Positions 40,179 through 53,605 are shown, counted from the stretch's first letter. The stretch is 64,000 bases of DNA from Chrysomallon squamiferum (GCA_012295275.1 CM022674.1:16430001-16494000), one strand, 5' to 3'. Notes: generated from the letters alone by a model not told the origin. Program-made: numbers and translations.

Positions 40179-43100
40179 TGAATTTAAACATGTACAAGAA
40201 AGAGGTACTATTCTTAGCAGATATAATTTTACAAATCGAACTCAAACTGACCAAAGTTTTGATTATTCAGTATTAAATGTATTAAAAACAAACAAAAAAG
40301 TCAATGTTATATGTATGTAACGATCAAAACGCAATAGCTGGTGAAGAGGTAAGAGAAATCACTGATTCACTGCTATGTACAATTTCAGAACTATGTCTTT
40401 CTTTGATGATTCTGAAGATATTTTGCCTTTGAAACAAGTGGGTCGCAGTACCAAGATGATTTTCCAGAACATGACAATCAGTGCAGATATTCAGAACAAA
40501 GGTCGTGTCACAGAGTTAATCCTGTTCTGCAACCTCCGAAGGAGTAGATGCAGATGAAACCTTGGAAAGATTCGAAAATACGAAAGGCAGAGAAAGGCAA
40601 TGTGTTAGATTTAGAGGTGGAGGACAAAGTGGTGGTTTTCGTAGAGGAAGAAGAGAAATGGGTGATTCTAATAAAGACACACAAGAAACGGGAAGGGACA
40701 GAAGAAGAAGAGGTGAAATGCTTAGCAGCGATAATCCTACATACAGTTTTCAGACAGACCAATTGTTAAAAGAAAGAACAGTTTCACAGACTAGTCTCTG
40801 GTATTCAACTTCTGGAGAGTATCAGACTGATGATATTGAAACAGCAGCTGCTTATAGAAGGACATTGCGATTCGGAAGCTATTTCACAGCCAAACAACCA
40901 GAAAAAGAAGGTTTAACAGGGCGAACAAAATCACAATCAAGTCTCTGTTCTTCCTCCACTACTGGTGATCTGGATAACACTGAATATGGTCATAGTGAGG
41001 ACCAGGAGAAGGAAAATGAAATTATTTCCAAAGTGTTCAGCATTCTTCTTGAAAAGTTTAATGGACGTGCAGAGTTCTCCAAACTGAGGAAGGAAAACAG
41101 TCTTCCTGTAGAAGCTAAACATGTTTCATGGTTTTATAAACATAAAAAACACTTTTTGATTTTCACAAACGATTGCAAAATTAAAATGGTTTCTGTGTTT
41201 TCAAAATATGCCAGAACCTGTCATTATTACAATATATTTCAGTGTAGAAAAAAAGACTGCAGGTTTCTTCACATATGTACAGACTTTGTACTACGTCAGT
41301 GTAAACACGGCACAAGTCATTGTCTTTCACATAACTTTTTTGACACGAGAAATAAGAATCGCATTGAGCAGATAGCTTTGGGATTTTTGAAAAATAAGGA
41401 CATAGCCAAGGTTGTGAGATGCAGCACCCTTGAATGGTGTGAAGAATATCAGAGAGGTATCAAACATGATAAATATTGTCCACTCATTCATGTCTGTAGA
41501 AAAGAGGACTGCAATAAGAGGTGTGGCTTGGAACATAACATCCAGTCATCTGAACACAACCAGTGGGTGCTTTCAGTGTTTCATATGAATCACTATAGAG
41601 TTCCTATACTTGAACAAATGCTTCTTTGCAAACTTAATGAGAATGATCAAAGGAATGAAAAAAGAGGTTCAAAGGACTATACATCTTGTGATGAAAGCAC
41701 AACACCAAAGAACAGCATCAGGGGTGCAGACAGGAACACATCCGTGTATTCCGTGAAAACAAGCTTGTCACTTTCACAGCACAAACAACTTCACGTGAAC
41801 GTGAGAGAATATCCGGCTCAGATTTCAGAGCAGAAACAACTTAATATGCAAGTGAATTACAATGAAATAGGTTTCCTCTGTGAGAAATGTGTCTGGAGTC
41901 ACTGTGTAATACATTCAAATAAACACAAACAAAGATGCCTGCCTTACCAATGGCAGATGGAGATTTGTGACAAATGGGTCAACTTTGACATCGTGGAAAA
42001 TGAGATGATCGAGCAGTGTTTTTGCAGTCTGAAGTTAGATACAGGAAACATAAAGGTAAACATAAAAACAACCAGACCTGATAATTAAAATGTTATTGAT
42101 ATGTAATAAAATTTAAGGTTTAACAACACTGATATATCTGAATGTTGCTCTGCTGTGCTTTTGTTTCAGTGCACATCCTTAAGAAAGTACTGCCAGCTGG
42201 ATCAGTGCCGCTTGGACCCTCATCTAACCGGTGTCACAAGCTCTTCTCTTGATGAAGACGTACGTTTTCAAAAATCCTTTGAAAAATAGGAGTTCATTAA
42301 GCCATCTGAGAAGATTATCTCTCTAGTCTTATGTGTAGAACTTTACTAATTTTATTACTTACTACTGCACAACAAATATGTTAGAATGTCATAACTCTTA
42401 ATCGTATTGCAATTGTACTATTACATTCTGTACCACGACTAATAATTTTATATTTCAGTTTTCAATCGCCAGTAAGTTTATGCCAATTGTTGTTGATTTT
42501 GACTTAATGAGAGCTTCTGTTTCTGTGCAACTGAGAAAGGTTGAGGTCAAAGTTCAGCGTCTTTCAACAGCATCGTATGTCACTGGACAAGAAGACAACT
42601 TCACACAGCTCACACAGTGGTGTTGGTATTTTGATGCAGGCCTCGGAAATTGGCTGCATTATGAACCAGTGAATATTCACTTAATTTTATTCTTTATCTT
42701 GTTTAGTATTTTTTTCACAAAAAAAATAAGGAAAACAAAAAGACAGGACACCTCAGCATTATATGTAAGAGAGATGTATAATATTTGTTTTAATGTTTGT
42801 ATGAGCATAAAATAAAACGTTATAAAAAAGTAGTTCAAAGAAAATAATAAATTAGAAAAAAAAAGAAAGAAAGAAAAGGTTAACATCTTCATATGAATGC
42901 CTAAAACATGGTGTTTCTAATATATTATTAATTTGCATATCTCATATATCGTACCCATAAGATATATCACATTATACACACTACAGTATTATATAAAACA
43001 TACTTATTGTTCTTGTTATAGGAAAGTCTGCAGTATACTCTTGAAATTAAGTACTTGGCTGCGCAACCATTTTATAATTTTGAAACAGAAGAATTTCAGT

Positions 43101-43662
43101 ATGAAATAAATTTTAGCCAAATGACCCAAACAAACCAGAAAACATTAAAACAAAGACGACTGCTGAGGAGACCTGCTTTTGTTTCCATTGATGATGTACA
43201 GAGACAAAAAAAAGTGTAAGTAGAAAAATATTGTACAACACATATAAATTTGTATTAAAATATTTTGTTCCGCATATTCTCTTGTTTTACATTTTAGATT
43301 TTAATATTGTCTATCTTGAACCTATATCTCATTATTCTATTTCATTTTCTAAAACACGTCATTTTCCTGTGTTTCTCATTTATAATCTCTGCTAATGAGT
43401 CTGTGTTATTTCCTCTGATAAAGAACAGAGACAAGAAAATGTGTAGAAGCTTGCATTTTCACCAATTCTGCCCAGACAACTGGTGGCCTTTAGACTGTTA
43501 CCAACCAGTGGAAATGGTGAAACTAAAACTTAATGACTTTAGCAAAGATGAAGAGGTGAAAACTGTGATGAAATTATTTGTCTCTACCATGAACAAATCC
43601 GAAGTAATATTGAAATCTTTGTATCGGATCCAGAATCTACGAATGTGGGAAAAATATTGTAG
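40179..43662 (+). CDS. ZAP/PARP12-like gene copy 1 (CCCH zinc fingers, WWE domains, start of PARP domain); exons 40179-42055, 42459-42668, 43022-43215, 43429-43662; catalytic exon not seen
   Basis: ORF 40562-42088 with tandem CCCH fingers (CHYYNIFQCRKKDCRFLHIC...CLSH; CPLIHVC...CGLEH), LPYQWQ...W WWE, TQWCWYF...W, YEINFSQMTQTN..T.KQRRLLRRP, P.NW...RIQNLRMWEKY. GT-AG phases are consistent. Start codon unclear (stop at ~40517). Confidence 0.88.
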
Positions 43663-43825
43663 GTAAGAGTCCTCATTTTGTTTGATGTTTACATACAATG
43701 CAATAACCTAAATATATTCAGATAGAATTTAATCAATATGTTCCTAAATATATTCAGATAGAGGTATTTAATAAATATGTTCCCTTCTCCTTAAATAAAT
43801 AAATGAATGATGTTCTCATACATTT

Positions 43826-44025
43826 NNNNNNNNNNNNNNNNNNNNNNNNNNNNNNNNNNNNNNNNNNNNNNNNNNNNNNNNNNNNNNNNNNNNNNNNNNN
43901 NNNNNNNNNNNNNNNNNNNNNNNNNNNNNNNNNNNNNNNNNNNNNNNNNNNNNNNNNNNNNNNNNNNNNNNNNNNNNNNNNNNNNNNNNNNNNNNNNNNN
44001 NNNNNNNNNNNNNNNNNNNNNNNNN
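43826..44025. other. Assembly gap (200 N)
   Basis: Run of N. Confidence 1.
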
Positions 44026-44045
44026 CATGACCTTATTATATTGCG

Positions 44046-44089
<44 letters not shown>

Positions 44090-44544
44090 GATTTAATGTT
44101 GCTTATAAAAAATACTTAAAGATTCTTTAAAAATCTCCAGATATTTATTTCTTTTAATCACTATTCATTTTTTTAGTGATATCAAACTTTTTTTTCGGTG
44201 TTCAGACAAATAGCAGATCATTAAAATTACAACCAATAGCGATAACAGACCTGCCCATTTTGTTATCTTTATTTACGGACACGATATCAGTATTTCAGAC
44301 AGAAAAACAAATCATAACAACAACAGCAGTAATGAAAATAGCAGCAGCAAGAGTAACGATAGCTACAACAGAAATAAATAAATAATTCAATGTCAAACAA
44401 AAGTATCAGTATTTTAAACTAATATGTGTATATATGTATATATCTGATATAATTGCCAGGTGCATTTTTAAAGTATCATCTCTAAATAAACACATAGATA
44501 AATAAATCGAATGAAAGCTATACAGTCATTTCATGTTAGTGTGC

Positions 44545-44685
44545 AAGCGCAAAATGCCATGGCCGGACGTTGCGTTCCGTTTGCCATGACTTCAAACCCT
44601 AATGCACAGTTTCCGGAAGAATGCGTAGCAATAACAGAGAATCAGTGTGGCCTATAAACGAAACTAGACACGTCCAACAGCTCAG
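44545..44685 (+). promoter_or_regulatory. Putative promoter / non-coding exon 1 of PARP copy 2
   Basis: Homolog of 38100-38239; donor ctcag|gtaagc. Confidence 0.6.
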
Positions 44686-45061
44686 GTAAGCTGATTTTCT
44701 GGAAATGTTATTATGCTGATTGATTCTGTTAACTATGATTATAACATTAAACGTGTTATTACTCATATTTATAAACAATAAGAACGTGACACTTTTGGTA
44801 TTCTGCGATGGTTAATAACTAAGATTACCATTCTATGCCTGTGGTAAATGCCCGTTTGTAAATCACGGAAGTATGTTAGATGTTCTCTATCCTTACAAAT
44901 ACGACTAGCAGCACAAGAGCAAATCATAAAAAATATTTAAATATTCAGTAAAAAGTTTGCTTATAAGGCCATCATCGAAATTTCAAGATAACGTAAATTT
45001 CTAACTTAGATTTCATTGGTTAATATTCATTTGTTTGTTTCTTTATTTATTTCTTTATTTC

Positions 45062-45131
<70 letters not shown>

Positions 45132-46977
45132 GTTTTCTTTATTTATTATATTTTCTTTCTTTATTTATTTTTAATTTATTAACATTTTTTCTTTCTTTTT
45201 CTTCTTTTCTTTTCGTTTTTCTTTCTTTCTTTTTTTTTTTTTTTTTCTAAAAATCCCACGAGGGAATCTTATTAATTTTTAAATATCGATTGTCTATTTT
45301 ATGTTCATAATTTTATTTTCAGTGGATTTAAACATGTACAAGAAAGAGGTGGAATGCTTAACAGACAGATATTTACAAATACATCCGAAACTGACCGAAG
45401 TTTTTATAATTCAGTGTTAAAGGTACTTTCTATAAAACGAGCCATATTTATATTTAATGATGACAATGCCACAGCTGGTGAAAATTTCAGATAAAGCACT
45501 GATTGATTGTTAAATATTATTGTTTTATTTTGATGAATTTGATCATACGAACGTCTTGAAACAAGTGGGTGACATTACAAAGATTATTTTCCAGAACATG
45601 ACAAAGTGTGTAGATATTTAGAACGAAGGTCAGTGTCACAGACTGCACTATTTTCTACAACATCCGATGAAGCAGGTGAAGAGGAAAACCTTGAAAACAT
45701 TCCAATATACAAACAGCAGAGAATGTCAAAATGCTAGATGTAGAGATAGTAGAGAAAACGATGGTTTATGTAGAGGTAGAGGAAAAATAGGTGATTCTAA
45801 TAAAGCAACACAAGAAACAGATATGGAGAAAAGAGGACCACGCGATATGCTTAGCAGAGATAATCTGACAGACAGTTTTCAGACTGACCAAAGGTTAAAA
45901 CAAAGAACAGCTTCACAGACTAGTTTATTCCCGACAGCTGCTGCAGAGTCTGACAGTGATGATCATGACGGTTCAGAAGTTTCTACACCCACAAAATCCA
46001 ACAGAAGACGGCGACGTAGAAAAAATGTCAAACACCAACAACCAGAAAAAGAGGAAACAACACAGACAAAAGAAGAAATTATATTCAGAGATAACAAAGA
46101 TGTCAGCAGTAGACGTTTAACTGGAAGAACAAAATCACAGTCAAGTCTCTGTTCTTCCTCAACTACTAGAGATTTGGATAACCTTAAACATGATGATAGT
46201 GAGGACCACGAGAGGGAAAATGAAATTATTGACATAGTGTTGAACATTCTTCTTGAAAAATTTAATGGACGTGCAGAGATCTCGAATCTGATGAAAGAAA
46301 CCAGTCTTCCTGTAGAAGCTAAACGTGTTTCATGGTTTTATAAATATAGCAAACACTTTTTGCTTTTCACAAAGGATAGCAAAATTAAATTTGTTTCTGT
46401 GTTTTCAAGATATGCCAGAATCTGTCATCCTTACAATACTTCTCAGTGTAGAAAGAAATACTGCAGGTTTCTTCACATATGTACACAGTTTGTACTAGGT
46501 CAGTGTAAACGCTCCACTGGTCAGTGTCTTTCACATAATTTTTTTTGACGAGAGAAATAAGAATCGCATTGAGCAGATAGGTTTGGGACTTTTAAAAAAT
46601 AAGGACATTGCCAACGTTGTGAGATGCAGCACCCCTGAATGGTGTGAAAAATATCAGAATGGTATCAAACATGATGAATATTGTCCACTCATTCATGTCT
46701 GTAGAAAACAGGACTGCAATAAGATGTGTGGCTTACAACATTACATCAAGTCATCTCATCACAACCAGTGGGTCCTTAGAATGTTTTACATGAATCACTA
46801 TAGAGTTAGTATCCTTGAACAGATGCTTCTTTGCAAATTCAATGAGAATTATCAACAGAATGAAAGAAGAGGTTCATATGACTGCAAACCTTCGGATGAG
46901 AGCACAACACCAAAGAAAGGAATCAGGGGTATAGAGAGGACCACAGTCGTATATACTGTAAAAACAAGCCTGTCACC

Positions 46978-48236
46978 TTCACAGCAGAAACAACTTGATA
47001 TGAAGGTGAACGCTGATCCACCTCGAATTTCACAACAAAAACAACTTGATATGAAACTAAAAGCAGATACACCTCAAATTTCACCGCAGATACAATTTAA
47101 TATGAAAGTGAAAGAATATCCAGTACAAGATTCACACCAGAAACAATTTGATGTGAAAGTGGAAGTAGATCCAGTACAAGATTCACTGGAGAAACAAGTT
47201 AATGTAAAAGTGGAAGCAGATCCAGGTCAGGTTTCACACCAAAAACAACAGGATATAAAAGTAAAAGCAGATCCAGTACAAATTTCACACCAAAAACAAG
47301 GTAATGTAAAATTGGAAGCAGACCCAGTGCAGATTTCGCAGGAGAAACAAAAAGATGTAAAAGTAAAAGCAGATGCAGTAGAAGCTTCAGAGCAGAAACA
47401 ACTTGATGTGAAAGTAAAAGCAGACCCAGTACAGATTTCGCAGCAGAGACAAATTGATGTGAAAGTGAAACCAGATCGAGCACAGGTTTCACAGCAGAAA
47501 CAACAAGACGTAAAAGTAAAAGCAGATCCAGTACAAGATTCACAGCACACAGAACTTAATGCGAAAGTAAAAGCAGATCCAGTACAGGTTATACAGCAGA
47601 AACAACTTGATGTCAAAGTAAAAGCAGATCCAGAACAAGTTTCACAGCAGAAACAACTTGATGGGAAAGCGAAAGTATACCTAGTACAAGCTTCACAGCA
47701 GACACAAATTAATGTGAAAGTGAAAGCAGATCCAGTACAGGTTTCGCACCAGAAACAATTTGATGTGAAAATGAAAGTAGATCCAATACAAGTTTCACAG
47801 CAGAAACGACTTGATGTGAAAGTCAAACCTAATCCAGCAAAACGATCACAACAGAAACAGGTTGATGTCAAACTGAATCTAGATACACCTCAAATTTCAA
47901 AGCAGAAACAATTTGCCGTGAAAATTAAAACGGATCCAATACAATTTTTACAGCAGAAATCACTTGATGTAAAAGTGAAAGCGGATCCATCTCAAACTAT
48001 AAAACAGAAACAACTTGAGCTGAAAGCGAAAGTAGATCCAGATATAACTCAAATTTCACAGCAGAAACAGCATGATATCAAAGTGAAAACAGATCCAGTA
48101 CAAGCTTCACAGAATAAAAAAATTTGATGTACAAGTTTCAAGGAGACCCACCTCAACCGTCACAACAGAAACACCTTGATGTCAAAATGAAAGCAGATCT
48201 GGTACAAGTTTCACACCAGCAACAACTTGATGTGAA
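46978..48236 (+). repeat. 51-bp coding minisatellite (KVKADPVQVSQQKQLDV), ~24 copies
   Basis: 17-aa periodicity across ORF 46583-48127 and the start of ORF 48124-48327. Confidence 0.95.
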
Positions 48237-49863
48237 TGACAGCCTTGAAATAATGAATTACAACAATGAAATAGAAGGTCTTCTCTGTGAGAAATGTGTA
48301 TGGAGTCAGTGTGTAATACATTCCTAAATACATATAAACAAAAAGATACATTCAAATACATATAAACAAAGATATTTACCTTACCAGTGGCAGGTGATGA
48401 TTTGTGAGAAATGGGTGAACTTTGACATAGTGGAGAATGAGATGATCGAGCAGTGTTTTTGTAGTCTGAAGTCAGATACAGGAAATATAGAGGTGAGTTA
48501 AAAACAACCAGAAGCGATAATTTGAATTTTATTTATGTGGAATAAAGTATAAGTTTTAATAACAGTCACATATCTGAATCTTACTTTGCTGCGGTTTTGT
48601 TTCAGAGTACATCCTTGAGAAGTTATTGGCCACTGGATCAGTCCTCGTTGGGTCCTATTCTGATCAGTGCGACAATCTCTTCTCGTGATGAAAATGTACG
48701 TATCAAAAATACTTTGAAAAATAATAGTTGATTAAGCTATCTGAGATTTGAACTCTTGTTTTATTAATATTCGTCTACTACTTTTAATACTGACTACTGC
48801 ACAACAATATATAAGAATGTTATGACTGTTAATCCTACTAACACACACACAGACACACACTTAGTAAATTATTAGTAGGGGTACAAAAAGTAATAGTACA
48901 GTTACATGTACACTTTTTTCAGTGTTCAGTGGCCAGTAAGTTCGTTCCAATTGTTGTTGATTTTGGTTCAATGACCGCTTCTCTTTCCCTGCAACCGAGA
49001 AACCTCGAGGTCAGAGTTCAGCGTCTTTCGACACCATCGTATGTCACTGGACAAGAAGACAACTTCACTCAGCTGACACAGTGGTGTTGGTATTTTGATG
49101 CAGGCTTCGGAAATTGGCTGTCTTACGAACCAGTGAATATTCACTTTATTTCATTGTAGAACTATTTTATATTTTTTATTTTTATATTTACAACTGCTCC
49201 AAATAAAGAATCAAAAAGAAAAACAAAACTCCTTAGCATTTTATGTATGAAAGATATGTGATATTTAAAGAATTTGTTTTATGTGGGCGAAATCAAACTT
49301 TATAAAACATAGTTTTAAAAAAAGAAATAAAAATGTTCATGATAATGTCTAGAACATTGTGTTTCTTATATATTATTAGTTATCAAATAAAAAGGATCTG
49401 TTGTATCCATTGTATACATACATATCATACATTCACATCACATCACGTAACCTGACATTACATAACACGTAACATACTCTAATAGTATTTAAAAAAATAA
49501 CATTTGGTGTTTATTATAGGAAAATCTGCAGTATACTCTTGAACTGAAGTATTTGGCTGGGCAACCATTTTATAACTTCGAAACAGACCAGTTTCAGTAT
49601 GAAATAAATTTTAGCCAGATGACCCAAACAAATCTGAAAACATTAAAACAAAGACGACTTCTGAGGAGACCTGCATTTATTTCCATTGATGACGTACAGA
49701 GACAAAAAATATTGTAAGTAGAAAAATAGTGTATAAGAACAATAATTTTGGATTATATCCTGATTTTAGATTCTTTCTAAAATATTTTATATCGTTATGC
49801 CATATCTCATTATCCTAGTTCATTATTTCTACAAAACTTTATTTTTGCTTTCCGTATCATTTT

Positions 49864-49867
<4 letters not shown>

Positions 49868-49951
<84 letters not shown>
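49868..49951. repeat. (CT)n microsatellite
   Basis: Pure CT run just upstream of an acceptor. Confidence 0.98.
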
Positions 49952-49955
<4 letters not shown>

Positions 49956-51669
49956 TTTATTCATATATTTATTTTTTATTATTTAACAAAATCCAGATCC
50001 CACCCATGTCTTTTGTCCAAGAAGCCTGCATGTTCTGCAACTCTCCCAGACAACTGGTGGCCTCTAGACTGTTACCAGCCAGTAGAAATGGTCAAATTAG
50101 ACTTTGATTGCTTGATCAAAGATGAGGAGATGAAAACCGTGATGAAGTTATTTTTTTCTACCATGAACAAATCGGAAGTAATATTGAAATATTTATTTCG
50201 CATCCAAAATCTATCTCTGTGGAAAAAATACTGCAGGTAGGAATGCCTATTTTATGATACTGTGTACATTTAGGTAATACAAAAAAAAAAAAACCACAAA
50301 AACAAGAAACAAACAAACACATCCTAACTATATTCTGCATTCTTATTTATTTAATTATTTATTTATTTGTTATTGCTAAGATATTTTATTTTTATTATTA
50401 TTTATTTATTGTTATTATGGGTATTGTTGATCTTATTATTATTAGTAGTAATATTTTGTCATCTAGTCGTAATTAATAAGAAAATATAGCATGAAAAAGA
50501 CTAAAGTTGCATTTTTTCATAAATTTTTATTCTAAGTTTTTGTATAGAAGCATTGCCAGAAACAAATAAAATAAAATGCAGCTATCACTTCTTCATGTAT
50601 GCTATGATGTCACACCTGTTATGGAAAATGATATCATCTTATTGTAATACTTTTTCATTAACAAAATATAGATTGCTACAATTTGGAATAATACAAATTT
50701 ATTTGAGTTCATTTGTTCCGCATTAGATACAAGTATTTAATGATTGATTTACAATTGCAAACATTAGATATTTCGTTTGCTTCAGTAGTTTTGGAAACAA
50801 CAAGATAGCAATAGAAGATTTATCAATTCGTAAAAAAAAAAAAAAAAAACAAATCTTTATAAATTGGTATCCAAATATTGATGATAGAAAATTTATCAGT
50901 AGTTTTGTGAAATAAATATTTACCATCCATTGATTGCGGAATGAAAATTAATCACTATACTTGAACAGCGATATGCAAAAAATATGTTTGACCACTAGTA
51001 TCGTAGAAAAGCAATCAAATACTGTAGTTCAGTTACTATAAAATAAATTGTAACGAAAACAAAACATTAAATCTAGCTGAGCAGTAAGCAGTAATATTTT
51101 TTAATTATTACGAATCTTAAGAGGCTAAAATTTAAGTTTTTTTGTTGTTTTTTTTGCATGAGAAAAGTAATGTTGATGAACAGGGATGAAGAAGGAGATA
51201 TTAATGAAAGATTTCTCTTTCATGGAACTAGTGGTGACATCAATGTCATACGTGGAATCTGCCACAACAACATCGACTTCAGACTGAACGGCAAACGTGG
51301 AACAAAGTACGGAAAGGGAGCTTATTTTGCCCGTGATGCCAAATACAGCCACTGGTACACCTCAGGCTCACTTTGTTTCACGTTCATATCAAAGGTTCTT
51401 GTAGGCCAATATGCAAAAGGTGAAAGTTCCTATTGCCGGCCTCCTTCTAGGAAAGGACATGTTCTTTATGATTCCTGTGTCAACGATGTACACAATCCAT
51501 CAGTTTTTGTAATCTTTGACACTTCCCAGATTTACCCAATGTTTCTACTTGGATATTCTGTGAAGACAAGACCAGAATTTTCTTCATCAAGCTCCTCAGT
51601 ACCGTCTTTTCAGGCCTCTATTCCGATCAGAAGTGCTCAAGTACCCAATTTATATTGGAATCAATTTCT

Positions 51670-52195
51670 CCCTCCATTCCTGTATCCACCGTTCCCTCCA
51701 CCACCGTTCCCTCCATCACCCTTCCCTCCTCCACCCTTCCCTCCAGCATTCTTTCACAGTTCTTCTTCTACAGCAAATCCTTCCAACATTCCACCAATAT
51801 TTCACAGTTCGACTTCTACAGCAAATCCTTCCACCACTTTACCACTCTTTCACAGTTCTACTTCTACAGCAAATCCTTCCAACATTCCACCACTCTTTCA
51901 CAGTTCTACTTCTACAGCAAATCCTTCCAACATTCCACCAATATTTCACAGTTCTACTTCTACAGCAAATCCTTCCAACATTCCACCACAGTTCTATTTC
52001 ACAGTTCCACCACTTTACTTCTACACAGCAAATCCTTCCAACATTCCACCAATCTTTCACAGTTCTACTTCTACAGCAAATCCTTCCAACACTTTACCAC
52101 TCTTTCACAGTTCTGCTTTTACAGCAGATGCTTCCAACATTCCACCAATATTTCACTCTTCTACGTCTACAGTAAATAATTCACCAAGTTCAACT
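51670..52195 (+). repeat. PPF 15-bp repeat followed by a 48-bp coding repeat (FHSSTSTANPSNIPPI, ~9 copies)
   Basis: C-terminal part of ORF 51158-52213. Confidence 0.92.
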
Positions 52196-52449
52196 TCTAC
52201 TACATACAGCTAACACATCAAACTGATGTGTGCTTCAAATGCCTTTATATCTATCAATATTTATTACTGTAAAAATGCATATTTAGCATATGTTTTATTA
52301 AAGATAAAGATAATATTAATATGAATTTTAATGATAACAAATGGACAATGTGTAGGTAGTGGTTCCAGTTCACTGCTTTGCCTGTATATCTATAATATAG
52401 ACAAGAATACCTTGTTGTCTGGATGGTTATTTTGTTTGTTGTGTTGGGA

Positions 52450-52720
52450 AATGTTCGTACATACACAAAGCATTATACTGCAGGGGTTGTGTCACAGTAG
52501 GATACACAAATGTTTGCATTACAAGACTGTATGGGTCAGTAGGATACACAAATATTTGCATTACAAGACTGTATGGGTCAGTAGGTCACACACAAAATTA
52601 CATTAAACAGGCGAGGAGTCAGAAGGATACACAAATAATTATATTACACTGGTATATGGTCAATAGTGTACACAAAGAATAACATTACACATGTGTATCA
52701 GTAAGTAGTATATACATAAC
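52450..52720. repeat. 42-bp minisatellite, ~5-6 degenerate copies
   Basis: cagtaggatacacaaat(g/a)tttgcattacaagactgtatgggt at 52495 and 52537, with a partial copy at 52579. Confidence 0.8.
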
Positions 52721-52859
52721 AATATGCGTAGATATTCAGAACGAAGGTCAGTGTTACAGGCTTCATCCTATTCTACAACTTCCAAAGAAACATATTAAGA
52801 TGAAGCCGTGGAAAGATTTCAAAATACGAATAGCGGGAAAAGACAAAGTGTAAGATATA

Positions 52860-53605
52860 GCGGTAGAGGAGAAAGGGATGGTTTTGATAGAGGTAGAAGA
52901 AAACGTGATGGTTTTGATAGAGGTAGAGGAGAATGGGATGGTTTTAATAGAGCTAGAGGTAAAAGGTGTGTTTTTGACAGAGGTAGAGGACAAATGGCTG
53001 ATTTTAATAGAGGTAGAGGAGAAAGGGGTGGTTTTTATAGAGGTAGAGGAGAAAGGGGTGGTTTTTACAGAGGTAGCCGTAAAAGGTGTGCTTTTGACAC
53101 AGGTAGAAAACAAATACGTGGCTTTCGTAGAGGAGAAAGGGGAGGATTTGGAAGGGGTAGAGGAGAATGGGATGGTTTTGATGAAGATAGAGGAAAATGG
53201 TATGGTTTAGATGGACGTACAGGAGAATGGGATGGTTTAGATTGAGGTAGAGGAGAATGGGACGGTTCTGATAGAATTAGAAGAGAATGGGATGGTTTTA
53301 ACAGAGGTACAGGAAAAAGAGGTGGCTTTGATAAAGGCAGAGGAGAAAGGGATGATTTTGGTACAGGTAGATGAGAATAGGATGGTTTAGATGAAGATAG
53401 AGGAGAATGGGATGGTTTCTATGGATCTAGAGGAGAAAGGGATCGGTTTTGGTAGAGGTAGAGGGGAATGGGGTTATTTTGGTAGAGGTACAGGTGAATG
53501 ACATGGATATGGCAGATGTAGGGGAAAAAGGAGTGGTTCTGAAAGAGGAGAAAGGGGTGGTTTTGATAGAGGAGAAAGGGGTGGTTTTGATAGAGGAGAA
53601 AGGAG
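52860..53605 (+). repeat. 30-bp RG/RGG coding repeat (RGRGEWDGFD-like), ~24 copies, ending in 24-bp RGERGGFD units
   Basis: agaggtagaggagaatgggatggttttgat periodicity; ORF 52808-53245. Confidence 0.93.

Larger units (their letters stand above)
45323..52213 (+). pseudogene. ZAP/PARP12-like gene copy 2, complete architecture but disrupted; exons 45323-48492, 48923-49132, 49520-49713, 49997-50236, ~51157-52213
   Basis: ORFs 45667, 46583, 48124, 48929, 50013 and 51158 give CCCH fingers, WWE and PARP (FHGT...YGKGAYFARDAKYSH...PSVFVIFD..QIYP). Frameshifts at ~46540 and ~48120, a short duplication with a stop at 48317-48372, and the last acceptor AG is absent. Confidence 0.85.

Noticed and set aside
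43803-44130. ORFs spanning the N run
   Set aside because: Artefacts of the assembly gap.
47227-47871. Cys-rich minus-strand ORF
   Set aside because: Antisense shadow of the 51-bp coding repeat in PARP copy 2.
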